A stretch of 46,874 bases of DNA from an uncultured Methanosarcinales archaeon (lineage in GTDB: Archaea; Nanobdellota; Nanobdellia; Woesearchaeales; CAYZNE01). The stretch is from the NCBI GenBank assembly GCA_964461035.1, contig CAYWRI010000010.1, forward strand, positions 1 through 46,874. Direction: 5' to 3'. A model generated the notes under the pieces. It saw only the letters and a program-made list of their open reading frames with translations, searched no databases and had not been told where the DNA came from. Both the position numbers and the translations under genes were made by a program. Shown here piece after piece: positions 19,496 through 27,864 of this stretch (its first letter is position 1; the number at the start of each line of letters is the position of its first letter).

Positions 19496-19621
19496 GTTTA
19501 AAAAAACTTCTATAATATCTGTTATTTCATGTATTATTTGATTGGAATAATAACAAGTTTTTTATATGAATAAACTAATTTATTAGAAATTAATCGAATT
19601 ATTTAATTCGGGGGTGTATAA

Positions 19622-20365
19622 ATGGCATTAATTTATGTAATTTTAGTATTATTGGGTTTGTTCATTTTAGGTGGACTAAAAGTAATTAATGAATATGAAA
19701 AAGGGGTTGTGTTTACTCTTGGAAAATTTTCAGGAGTTTACGATGCAGGACTAAAATTAATTTTTCCAATATTTCAAACTTGGAAGAAATTAGATATGAG
19801 AACTAAAGCGGTTGATGTGCCTGATCAAGATGCAATAACAAAAGATAATGTTTCTATAAAAGTTAATGCAGTACTTTATTACAAAGTTTCTAATGCGAGT
19901 AAAGCGATTCTTGAAGTAGAATACTATCAATATGCAGTTTCTCAGTTAGCTCAAACAACAATGAGAGATGTTGTTGGTGAAGTTATTTTAGATGATCTAT
20001 TAGGTAAAAGAGATCTTGTTTCTAAAAGAATAAAAGAAATTGTTGATAAAGCATCTGATCCTTGGGGAATAAAAGTAGAATCTGTTGAATTAAAACATGT
20101 TGAGCTTCCTGAAAATATGAAAAGGGTTCTTGGTAAAGAAGCAGAAGCTGAAAGAGAAAAAAGAGCAGTAATAATTAAAGCAGAAGGAGAAGTAACAGCA
20201 TCTAAGAATATGGCTCTTGCAGCAAAAACTTTAGCTCAGGCTCCAGGCGCACTTCATTTGAGAACTCTTCAAAGTATAAATGATATGTCAAGTGACCAAA
20301 GTAACACGGTTATCTTTGCAATTCCATTAGAAGTTCTCAGATCTTTCGAAGGCAAAACCAAATAG
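19622..20365 (+). CDS. SPFH/Band-7 (stomatin/prohibitin-like) protein
   Basis: N-terminal TM LVLLGLFILGGL, then EYEKGVVFTLGKF...DVPDQDAITKDNVSIKVNAVLYYKV and an A/E-rich coiled-coil tail. A GGGGG Shine-Dalgarno motif lies upstream. Confidence 0.75.
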   Translation: MALIYVILVLLGLFILGGLKVINEYEKGVVFTLGKFSGVYDAGLKLIFPIFQTWKKLDMRTKAVDVPDQDAITKDNVSIKVNAVLYYKVSNASKAILEVEYYQYAVSQLAQTTMRDVVGEVILDDLLGKRDLVSKRIKEIVDKASDPWGIKVESVELKHVELPENMKRVLGKEAEAEREKRAVIIKAEGEVTASKNMALAAKTLAQAPGALHLRTLQSINDMSSDQSNTVIFAIPLEVLRSFEGKTK

Positions 20366-20437
20366 TTTTTTTGTTTTTTTTGTTTTTCTTTATGTGACAT
20401 ATCCAAAAAATAAAATTGGACTTTCAAGAAGATATTA

Positions 20438-20980
20438 TTATATTAAACCTTTATTTAATTTATATTCATAATCTTTTTTACATGAGCAAGTTAAATTATT
20501 TAGTAAATCAATATTTTGTGTTTTATTAAAATTTTCTATTGCTTTATGTAGTTTTTTATTACATTTTTTGCAACTAAATGGCATTCTTTTATATGACAAA
20601 TTTTCATCACTGAGACCAATAAAAAGTTCACCATATTTTGATGCTTTTTTAATTACTTCAATCACAGACCATAAATTAACAAGTTTGTATTTATTATTTT
20701 TATACAAATTTTCAAGTACGGTATTATTAATTTTTCTAAAGCTGAGCTTATCACAGGAAGGAATCACAGGGTAAGAGCGGGAGTACAAAGTTATGGTGAT
20801 CTTCCACATAGTCTGTATGTCTTTGAAGTTATGATGGAACTTGTTTTTTCTGAGGACCTTAATCCAAATGATGTTAAAGTAGGTATGACTGTGGCATTTC
20901 TTCATGATATAGGCTATGCTATCATCGCTAAAGATGGAGCTGATGTTACTGCTAAATTCCAAGATCTGAGAAGAGCTCAT
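20438..20980 (-). CDS. Hypothetical Cys-containing ORF; the 5' third overlaps the HD-domain fragment, so it may be a disrupted gene
   Basis: The AT-rich part 20438..~20755 encodes ...CKKCNKKLHK...CSCKK. There is no Met in this part except MPF near the 3' end. The upstream portion is read from the G+C-rich foreign-looking DNA. Confidence 0.25.
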   Translation of the reverse strand: MSSSQILEFSSNISSIFSDDSIAYIMKKCHSHTYFNIIWIKVLRKNKFHHNFKDIQTMWKITITLYSRSYPVIPSCDKLSFRKINNTVLENLYKNNKYKLVNLWSVIEVIKKASKYGELFIGLSDENLSYKRMPFSCKKCNKKLHKAIENFNKTQNIDLLNNLTCSCKKDYEYKLNKGLI

Positions 20981-21409
20981 ATGGATGCCGGTGCAAAGTA
21001 TGTGCTCAGAATCCTTTCAAAAAACTTTAGAGTTTATTATTCAAATGAAGAATTAGTAACAATCACGAATATAATCAAAGTCCATGATGAACCAAGCGTA
21101 AAACGACCTGATGGAGGAAAGGGATATCCATTAGATTTTAATAATAGAATATTATACCTGCAACGTGAAGCAGATAGATTGTGGATGGGAAGTAGGTTGG
21201 GATTTGATAATGATTTTAGAGGCAGGCTTGAAAGTGGAGAAACCTCACCCGCTAAGCATATTATATGGTTAGAAGAGAGATATGCTAAAGAAAAAGAATT
21301 ATATGAAGATGATAGTAAATTTAAGGGCGGACTTTTATTCAGAACACCTAGAGCATTTGAAATTCATCAACAGAATATGGTTGCTGTTAGGAAAAGATAT
21401 AATATTTAA
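20756..21409 (+). pseudogene. HD-domain phosphohydrolase gene, apparently 5'-truncated (first ATG at 20831); G+C-richer than the surroundings
   Basis: LPHSLYV(x26)VAFLHDIGY gives the His...HD motif pair. The first His is encoded upstream of the first ATG. The frame is open back to a TAA at 20672-74 with no ATG/GTG/TTG. Confidence 0.5.
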
Positions 21410-21512
21410 AATTCTGCCTTTCTTTTTAGTTCTTTCATTCGATTGTGTTTAACATCAATTAAATATACTTCCAATTAATCAAGTTAAAAAATAATAAATC
21501 AGAAAAAGTTAA

Positions 21513-21538
21513 AATAAATAAATAAATAAATAAATAAA
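21513..21538. repeat. (ATAA)6 microsatellite
   Basis: The sequence ataaataaataaataaataaataa. Confidence 0.8.
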
Positions 21539-21551
21539 AAATGTGTGTAAA

Positions 21552-21863
21552 TTAGTTATCAATCATTTCAATCTCGATGTTGAGACCTTCAGGAATAGGA
21601 ACACGCATAACAAGTCTAAGGGTTCTTTCGTCAATTCCTAAGTCAATAAGTCTTTTGTACACTCTCATCTCATATCTATCCCATGTTGCAGTTCCATTAC
21701 CACAAGGGGATTTTCTAGTAGTCACTTTTAGGTGTTTTGTTGGTAAAGGAATTGGTCCTTTCATCATTACACCTGTTTTGTCAACAACATTTTTAATATA
21801 TTTACAGGTTTCATTAATTTTATTAATGTCTGTGCTTGCTAATTTTATTCTGGCTATTTGCAT
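21552..21863 (-). CDS. rps10: Ribosomal protein S10 (uS10)
   Basis: MQIARIKLASTDINKIN...MRVPIPEGLNIEIE. It lies immediately downstream of aEF-1alpha, as in the archaeal str cluster. Start is taken at the internal Met. Confidence 0.85.
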   Translation of the reverse strand: MQIARIKLASTDINKINETCKYIKNVVDKTGVMMKGPIPLPTKHLKVTTRKSPCGNGTATWDRYEMRVYKRLIDLGIDERTLRLVMRVPIPEGLNIEIEMIDN

Positions 21864-21949
21864 GTTCTTCTTTCCATCCTTAATTTTTAAAATCATATCC
21901 AAAAAATTTGATTAGTACTTTTTGGAATTATAAAAAAAATAATAAAAAC

Positions 21950-23239
21950 TTACTCTTTTTTGACAAGATCAATACACATACCTGCTGCAACAGTTGCACC
22001 AGAATCTCTGATTGCAAATCTTGACATTTGAGGTATTTCTTTTTGTCTCTCTATTACTAAAGGAACAGTTGGTTTAATCCTAATAATTGCTGCATCTCCA
22101 TTTTTGATGAAATCTGGATTTTCTTCAAGAACTTCACCTGTTGCAGGATTAATTTTTTTCTCTATCGCCATTATTTGACAAGCTACTTGTGCAGTATGAA
22201 TATGGAAAACAGGAGTGTATCCAACAGTCATAACACTAGGATGATTTAATACTACGATTTGAGCTGTAAATTCAACAGCAACACTTGGAATGCTATCAAG
22301 ATGACCAATAACATCTCCTCTCGCAACATCTTTTTTACCAAATCCTCTTACAGATAAACCAATATTGTCACCAGGAATTGCTTCTTTAATTTTTTCGTGA
22401 TGCATTTCTATGTCTTTACATTCAGCTGTAATGCCTTTACCTTCTCTTCCAGGAACCACAATAATTTTTTCTCCTGATTTAAGAACACCAGTTTCAATTC
22501 TTCCAACTGGAACAACTCCAATACCGGTTATATTATAAACATCTTGTATTGGCATTCTCAATGGTAGATTAGTTGGTTTTTCAGGTGCAGTTAATGCGTT
22601 TATTGCTTCAACTAAAGTTGAACCTGTATACCAAGGCATTTTATCTGACTTTTTAGTTATATTTTCTCCTTGAAGTGCAGACATTGCTATAAAGGGTATA
22701 ACATCTGTTTTATAACCAACACTTTGAAGAAGTTTTGTAACTTGTTCTTTAACTTCATTGTATTTTGTTTCAGAGTATTCAACTCCTTTAATATCCATTT
22801 TATTTATTCCTATAATAACTTGACTTACACCAAGAGTTCTAGCTAAGAAAATATGCTCTTTTGTTTGAGCATTTACACCATCATTAGCTGCCACTACAAG
22901 AACTGCAGCATCTGCTTGTGATGCACCTGTTATCATGTTCTTAATAAAATCTCTGTGTCCTGGAGCATCTATTATAGTAAAATAATATTTGTCTGTTTCA
23001 AACTTTTTATGTGCAAGATCAATTGTTATTCCTCTTTCTTGTTCTTCTTTCAAATTGTCCATAACATAAGCAAATTCAAATCCTGATTTTCCAAGCTCTG
23101 CAGCTTTTTCTTTAAATTTTCTCATTTGCTGTTCTGAAACATTTCCAGTATCAAACAATAGTCTGCCAACGCTAGTTGATTTACCATGATCAACGTGTCC
23201 AATAAATACTAAGTTTATATGTGGTTTTTTATCTGCCAT
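21950..23239 (-). CDS. tuf: Translation elongation factor 1-alpha (aEF-1A)
   Basis: [17 protein letters not shown] and NKMD GTPase motifs. The full length is 429 aa. Confidence 0.95.
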   Translation of the reverse strand: MADKKPHINLVFIGHVDHGKSTSVGRLLFDTGNVSEQQMRKFKEKAAELGKSGFEFAYVMDNLKEEQERGITIDLAHKKFETDKYYFTIIDAPGHRDFIKNMITGASQADAAVLVVAANDGVNAQTKEHIFLARTLGVSQVIIGINKMDIKGVEYSETKYNEVKEQVTKLLQSVGYKTDVIPFIAMSALQGENITKKSDKMPWYTGSTLVEAINALTAPEKPTNLPLRMPIQDVYNITGIGVVPVGRIETGVLKSGEKIIVVPGREGKGITAECKDIEMHHEKIKEAIPGDNIGLSVRGFGKKDVARGDVIGHLDSIPSVAVEFTAQIVVLNHPSVMTVGYTPVFHIHTAQVACQIMAIEKKINPATGEVLEENPDFIKNGDAAIIRIKPTVPLVIERQKEIPQMSRFAIRDSGATVAAGMCIDLVKKE

Positions 23240-23438
23240 ATTTTATTACCTCCTCAATATCAAAGATTAATATAGAGTTTATTTAATTCAAGAAATTACA
23301 GTATATTTAAAAAGGTTTTTCTTTTTATGTTCACTATTCTAAATACATGAGGTTCACATTTTTTAGAAGTTTATTACCTTTTCATTAATGGTAGATAGTA
23401 TCATTAATAATTCTTTAGAACTTTTTTCTTTCTTTACT

Positions 23439-23987
23439 TCATGATAACTTATTTGTCATAGATTTTATCTTATTGATAAACTTTGAAATCTCTTGTTTAG
23501 ATATTTTATCTAATAAAATATTTTCTAAAAAAGATTTAATTTCATATGGTAAATAGTCTATTGAATACTTTTCAAAAAGATAACTTTTAAAATTATTACA
23601 TATCCAAGATAAACAAGGAATTGGTTTATAATCTTTTAAGACACAACCAGCATTAGAATGATATCTACAAACGGGACCTCTAAATGTTTTTTCATTATTT
23701 ATTTTAGGAATTCCATACTTCTCTAATCTTTTTTTTCTAAGAAGAGGAAATTTTTCATCAAATTCAGACAAATATTCAAAATAATCCTGATCACAACACC
23801 CAATTTTTCCAGGAATAAGGTTACTGCTCATAGAATATTTTTTATTTATACAATTATTTTCACAAAATTTAGCTTTTTCAAAAAAATCATTCAACAATAT
23901 TTCTATTTCTAAATAAACTTTTAATCTCTGTTCTTTTGTTAGTCCTTTCTGATTTTCATTATTTTGATTTAATTTATGTTTAGTCAT
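23439..23987 (-). CDS. Cys-rich hypothetical protein
   Basis: 182 aa with CENNC...GCCDQDY...CRYHSNAGC...CLSWIC. It may be a metal-binding domain of unknown family. Confidence 0.35.
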   Translation of the reverse strand: MTKHKLNQNNENQKGLTKEQRLKVYLEIEILLNDFFEKAKFCENNCINKKYSMSSNLIPGKIGCCDQDYFEYLSEFDEKFPLLRKKRLEKYGIPKINNEKTFRGPVCRYHSNAGCVLKDYKPIPCLSWICNNFKSYLFEKYSIDYLPYEIKSFLENILLDKISKQEISKFINKIKSMTNKLS

Positions 23988-24250
23988 TGTCTTTAATTTT
24001 GAATTTTACTTAAGTTTAATATAATATTTAATCTTTTTTCAATAATAATTTTTTTATCAACTAAGTAACACCTAATATGACTTATATAGTACTTCATTTT
24101 ATAATTGTTATTATTTTTAGGGGTGTTTTTATAATAACTTATTTTCTATTAAATAATTTAATTAGTTTGTCTTAAGTACAAGTTTCAATTACTTATGTTT
24201 ATAACTAAATCACAGAAAGCTTTATAAAAAACAATTAGTTTCAAATGTGA

Positions 24251-24406
24251 ATGGCATCAAATAAATTAAGATTACCAAGTTCAAGTGCTGGTTTGACTTC
24301 ATTCGCAGCAGAATATAAATCAAAATTTCAACTTCAACCAGGTCATGTTGTAGCTTTAGTGATTTTTGTAATAATTCTCGAATTGTTGTTACATGCACTT
24401 ATGTAA
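24251..24406 (+). CDS. secG: Sec61-beta / SecG protein-translocase subunit (51 aa; absent from the ORF track)
   Basis: MASNKLRLPSSSAGLTSFAAEYKSKFQLQPGHVVALVIFVIILELLLHALM. The SSAGL motif and a single C-terminal TM are typical of archaeal Sec61-beta. Confidence 0.65.
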   Translation: MASNKLRLPSSSAGLTSFAAEYKSKFQLQPGHVVALVIFVIILELLLHALM

Positions 24407-24436
24407 ATATTTAAATAATTTGAGGGGGTATAATTA

Positions 24437-24787
24437 ATGTTTCCAGGAATGAATATGAATAGTAAGCAAGTTCAACAAGCTATGAAACGAATGGGTATAA
24501 AGCAAGAAGAATTTGAATCTTCTCAAGTAATAATAAAAACACCTGAAGGAGATGTAATAATAGATGATCCACAAGTTTCAAGAGTTAATATGATGGGACA
24601 AGAAACTTGGCAAGTTATTGGAAATTCTAGATTTGTAGAAACAAATACGACTCCAGATATTTCTGATGAAGATGTAAAAGCGGTTATGGATCAAGTCTCT
24701 TGCACTGAAGAACAAGCAAAGTTAGTGATAGAAAAACATAAAGGTGATTTAGCCGAAGCAATTTTAGAGTTATCCGATTCAAATTAA
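24437..24787 (+). CDS. nac: Nascent polypeptide-associated complex alpha subunit (NAC + UBA)
   Basis: GAGGGGG Shine-Dalgarno motif. The NAC domain is KQVQQAMKRMGIKQEE...VIIKTPEGDVIIDDPQVS. The C-terminal UBA-like part is EEQAKLVIEKHKGDLAEAILEL. Confidence 0.85.
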   Translation: MFPGMNMNSKQVQQAMKRMGIKQEEFESSQVIIKTPEGDVIIDDPQVSRVNMMGQETWQVIGNSRFVETNTTPDISDEDVKAVMDQVSCTEEQAKLVIEKHKGDLAEAILELSDSN

Positions 24788-24918
24788 TCAAAATATTTTT
24801 TTATTTACTTTATTCTGAAATATTAAATTTCTAAACAAACAAAGTTTTATAAATAGTTCTGGAATACTTATCTGAGGTACAAATATAGATTTGTGCTTTA
24901 GTCACGGAGTGTGAAAAA

Positions 24919-25110
24919 ATGGATAATAACAAGGGCGGTTTCAATAGAAATGCTGGTTCAAAAGGCAGTTTCAATAGAAATGCTGGCCCAAGAGAAATGC
25001 ATAAAGCAGTATGTGCTGATTGTGGAAAGGAATGTGAAGTCCCATTTCAACCATCACAAGATAGACCTGTTTATTGTAAAGAATGTTATGGAAAACATAG
25101 AAGATTCTAA
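24919..25110 (+). CDS. Small CxxC-x17-CxxC zinc-finger protein with an N-terminal GGFNRNAG tandem repeat
   Basis: CADCGKECEVPFQPSQDRPVYCKEC is exactly CxxC-x17-CxxC. A 30-bp DNA tandem repeat at 24937-24996 encodes GGFNRNAGSK/GSFNRNAGPR. Confidence 0.6.
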   Translation: MDNNKGGFNRNAGSKGSFNRNAGPREMHKAVCADCGKECEVPFQPSQDRPVYCKECYGKHRRF

Positions 25111-25372
25111 ATTTTTATCTTTTTGATGCATAATATCCAAAAAAATTATTTCTTTTTATTTTGTTATTTGATTTAAATAACTTGTCAAAATCAATTTAAT
25201 GATCAGTTTTGATTAACCTCATCTAAATTGTTTCTCTCTTTGTAACTTTAATAATGTTAAATTCATAAACTCATTTGACTCTATTTTAAGGACAATATTT
25301 ATAAAGAATTAATAAGGATAAGAATAATAAATAAAGTATAGAAATTTAAAAATAATATAAAGGGGGGATACG

Positions 25373-27679
25373 TTGGCAGTTCAGAATTGGGGAAAATGTT
25401 ATTATTCTGTAGATCATGAAGGAGAATCAGTAGTTCTTAATGTTGATTGTGAAAGCTATTTGAGAGTTCCTAGTCTTGAAGATGATTCGGTTCTAATGTC
25501 CCATACTTGTGATCAACTTATAAAAAATAAAAATGTTACAAGAATTAGATTTTCTCAGAAAAGAGACTATGAATATAGTTTAGAAGAAACAGCCATATTA
25601 AAAGAGATTGCACTATATTTTAACGAATTATCAAAAAAACCAGAATTATTTACTTTAGAAACTTATCAAGGCAATGCTCATCTTCCAAGTATAAGTAGGT
25701 GGGTGTTGGACTTGAAGAATTTATTAATTGTTCAATTAAAATCAGATCCTATAAGTGCATATATTCATTTAACTCGTCTTAAACGAGATGTTGAAATAGC
25801 TCTAGAAAGATCATTAACTAAAGATGAGCAAAATGAAATAAATAGAGTTAAAGTTTTAGTTGATTCTATTTTAGACAAACTTGAAAAGACTCGTATGATA
25901 ACTCTTGTTAAAAACGAATTATCAGGTTATACTGAAGGTGATAGAACAATTTATAGACAAATTTTCAATCCAATAATTAAACCCGATTTTATGTTTAGTA
26001 AATTAATGTCTTTATATCCTAAAGACGGAACAGAAAAATTAAATTATTCGGTTAATGAAAATGAAATAGTCATATTTGACATACCTAAAAATATTCAGCC
26101 AATGTATCATGTTCTTCCACCTGAATTTAAATTAGATGAAGAACAATATGAAATTTTAGATTTGGCTAGAAAAATAATGTCTGAACATAAGCCAGAAAAA
26201 CAGGAATTTGTAAATCCTGAAAGAATGAGAGAAGTATTTTTCAATGTTGGTCAGGATCTTATTCTCGATCTCGCAAATTATAAAAACATAAAATTATCAC
26301 AAGTAGAAGTTATTGATTTAACAAAAATATTAGTAAGATACACTGTTGGATTTGGACTTATTGAAGTTTTACTTGAAGATCCCAAAGTCCAGGATATTGC
26401 AGTTAACTCACCCTATGGTTCAGGACCGATTTATTTAGTACATGAAGATTTTGATGAATGCATTACCAACATTATTCCAACTTCAACTGATGCAGAATCT
26501 TGGGCTTCTAAACTCAGAATGATTTCTGGTAGAGCATTAGATGAAGCAAATCCAATTCTTGATACAGAAATACTTATTCCTGATGTTGCTAGTGCAAGAG
26601 TTTCGGTTGTAACACAACCTTTATCACCTTCAGGATTATCTTTTTCTTTTAGAAGACAGAGAGATAAACCTTGGACTTTTCCTTTATTTATTAAAAATAA
26701 AATGATGTCTCCTCTTGCAGCAGGTCTTTTAAGTTTTTTTATTGATGGTAATAGAACCTTGCTTGTTGCAGGAACAAGAGGTTCTGGTAAAACTTCCTTT
26801 TTAGGAAGTGTATTAATAGAAATGATGAGAAAATTTAGAATAATAACTGTTGAAGATACACTTGAACTTCCAACATCCAGTTTAAGAAAATTAGGATATG
26901 ACATTGTTTCATTACAAGTTGCTGCGGCACTTTCTAAAGATAGTAATGAATTTACTGCAACTCAAGGAATACGATCAACATTAAGATTAGGAGATTCTGC
27001 ATTATTTGTTGGAGAAGTAAGAAGTAAAGAAGCAGTTGCACTTTTCGAAGCTATGAGAATTGGCGCGGGAGCAAATGTTGTTGCAGGAACATTTCATGCA
27101 GATAGTCCTTTTGGAATATATGATAGATGTGTAAATGCAATCGGAATACCAAATAATTCATTTAAAGCTTTAGATTTAGCAATTGTTGTAAACCCCATAA
27201 AATCTGCAGATGGTCTTCATAGATGGAGAAGAATAACAAGAATAACTGAAATAAGAAAAGATTGGAGACAAGATCCATTGATGGAACATGGTTTTGTTGA
27301 TTTAATGAAATACTCAACAGCAACAGATCAACTTGAACCAACTGATTCATTAATAAATGGTGATTGTGAATTAATAAAAGATATTGCTGCTAATATAAAA
27401 GAATGGGCAGGTGATTGGGATGCAGTATGGGCCAATATAAGTTTAAGATCAAAATGCAAAGAATATCTTGTTAAACAAGCTGAAATAAATAAATTTGATG
27501 ATATGCTTGAAGCAGAGTTTGTAATACAAAGTAATGATCAATTTCATAAAGCAATTAATTACGTTAGAAATACGAATCAAGAATTAGATTCTAATCATGT
27601 TTTTACAATATGGAAATCTTGGATTGATAAAGAAATTACTAAAAAAAAATTTAATAAAGAAGAGAATGAAGATATTTAA
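25373..27679 (+). CDS. FlaI/VirB11/TadA-family secretion ATPase (archaeal type IV pilus/archaellum-type) with a ~400-aa N-terminal extension
   Basis: TTG start 7 nt after a GGGGGG motif. Walker A AGTRGSGKTS. Asp box IITVEDTLEL. Walker B LFVGEVR. His box GTFHADSP. An SFSFRRQ motif precedes these. Confidence 0.75.
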   Translation: MAVQNWGKCYYSVDHEGESVVLNVDCESYLRVPSLEDDSVLMSHTCDQLIKNKNVTRIRFSQKRDYEYSLEETAILKEIALYFNELSKKPELFTLETYQGNAHLPSISRWVLDLKNLLIVQLKSDPISAYIHLTRLKRDVEIALERSLTKDEQNEINRVKVLVDSILDKLEKTRMITLVKNELSGYTEGDRTIYRQIFNPIIKPDFMFSKLMSLYPKDGTEKLNYSVNENEIVIFDIPKNIQPMYHVLPPEFKLDEEQYEILDLARKIMSEHKPEKQEFVNPERMREVFFNVGQDLILDLANYKNIKLSQVEVIDLTKILVRYTVGFGLIEVLLEDPKVQDIAVNSPYGSGPIYLVHEDFDECITNIIPTSTDAESWASKLRMISGRALDEANPILDTEILIPDVASARVSVVTQPLSPSGLSFSFRRQRDKPWTFPLFIKNKMMSPLAAGLLSFFIDGNRTLLVAGTRGSGKTSFLGSVLIEMMRKFRIITVEDTLELPTSSLRKLGYDIVSLQVAAALSKDSNEFTATQGIRSTLRLGDSALFVGEVRSKEAVALFEAMRIGAGANVVAGTFHADSPFGIYDRCVNAIGIPNNSFKALDLAIVVNPIKSADGLHRWRRITRITEIRKDWRQDPLMEHGFVDLMKYSTATDQLEPTDSLINGDCELIKDIAANIKEWAGDWDAVWANISLRSKCKEYLVKQAEINKFDDMLEAEFVIQSNDQFHKAINYVRNTNQELDSNHVFTIWKSWIDKEITKKKFNKEENEDI

Positions 27680-27751
27680 TGGGTATTGAACTAAATAATT
27701 TATATTGAGCGTTCAAGATAAGTTAATTAAAATAAAAACTTAAAATGTACT

Positions 27752-27829
27752 GTAATTAAAACAGAAAACCTGTACATCTTCGAACAAAGAATAAATTTAG
27801 TGATAGTGCATTTTTTACTTAAAACTTAG
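27752..27829. repeat. Intergenic repeat element, copy C (partial, more diverged), upstream of the FlaJ-like gene
   Basis: gtaattaaaacagaaaacc...aataaatttagtgatagtgcattttttacttaaaacttag compares with copy A gtagctaaaacaaagg...ataaatttagtgaaagcagataatacttattacaaacttaac. Confidence 0.45.
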
Positions 27830-27864
27830 ATTTTCCAGCATTACTAATTTAATTACTGATTCAA

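Noticed and set aside
20438-20980. Treating the 180-aa minus-strand ORF as an intact gene
   Set aside because: Its N-terminal third is read from the G+C-rich HD-fragment DNA in antisense. The AT-rich remainder has no start codon of its own, so it is more likely a disrupted gene or a spurious ORF.
24937-24996. Possible CRISPR-like or tandem-repeat array
   Set aside because: There are only two 30-bp units. They lie inside a coding region and encode a peptide repeat. No other regularly spaced repeats were seen anywhere in the window, so no CRISPR array is called.
24911-25126. Alternative-frame ORF with a protein-level repeat AVSIEMLVQK/AVSIEMLAQE
   Set aside because: The repeat comes from the 30-bp DNA tandem repeat. 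The other frame (24919-25110) gives a coherent CxxC-x17-CxxC zinc finger and GGFNRNAG repeats, so this frame is a shadow.
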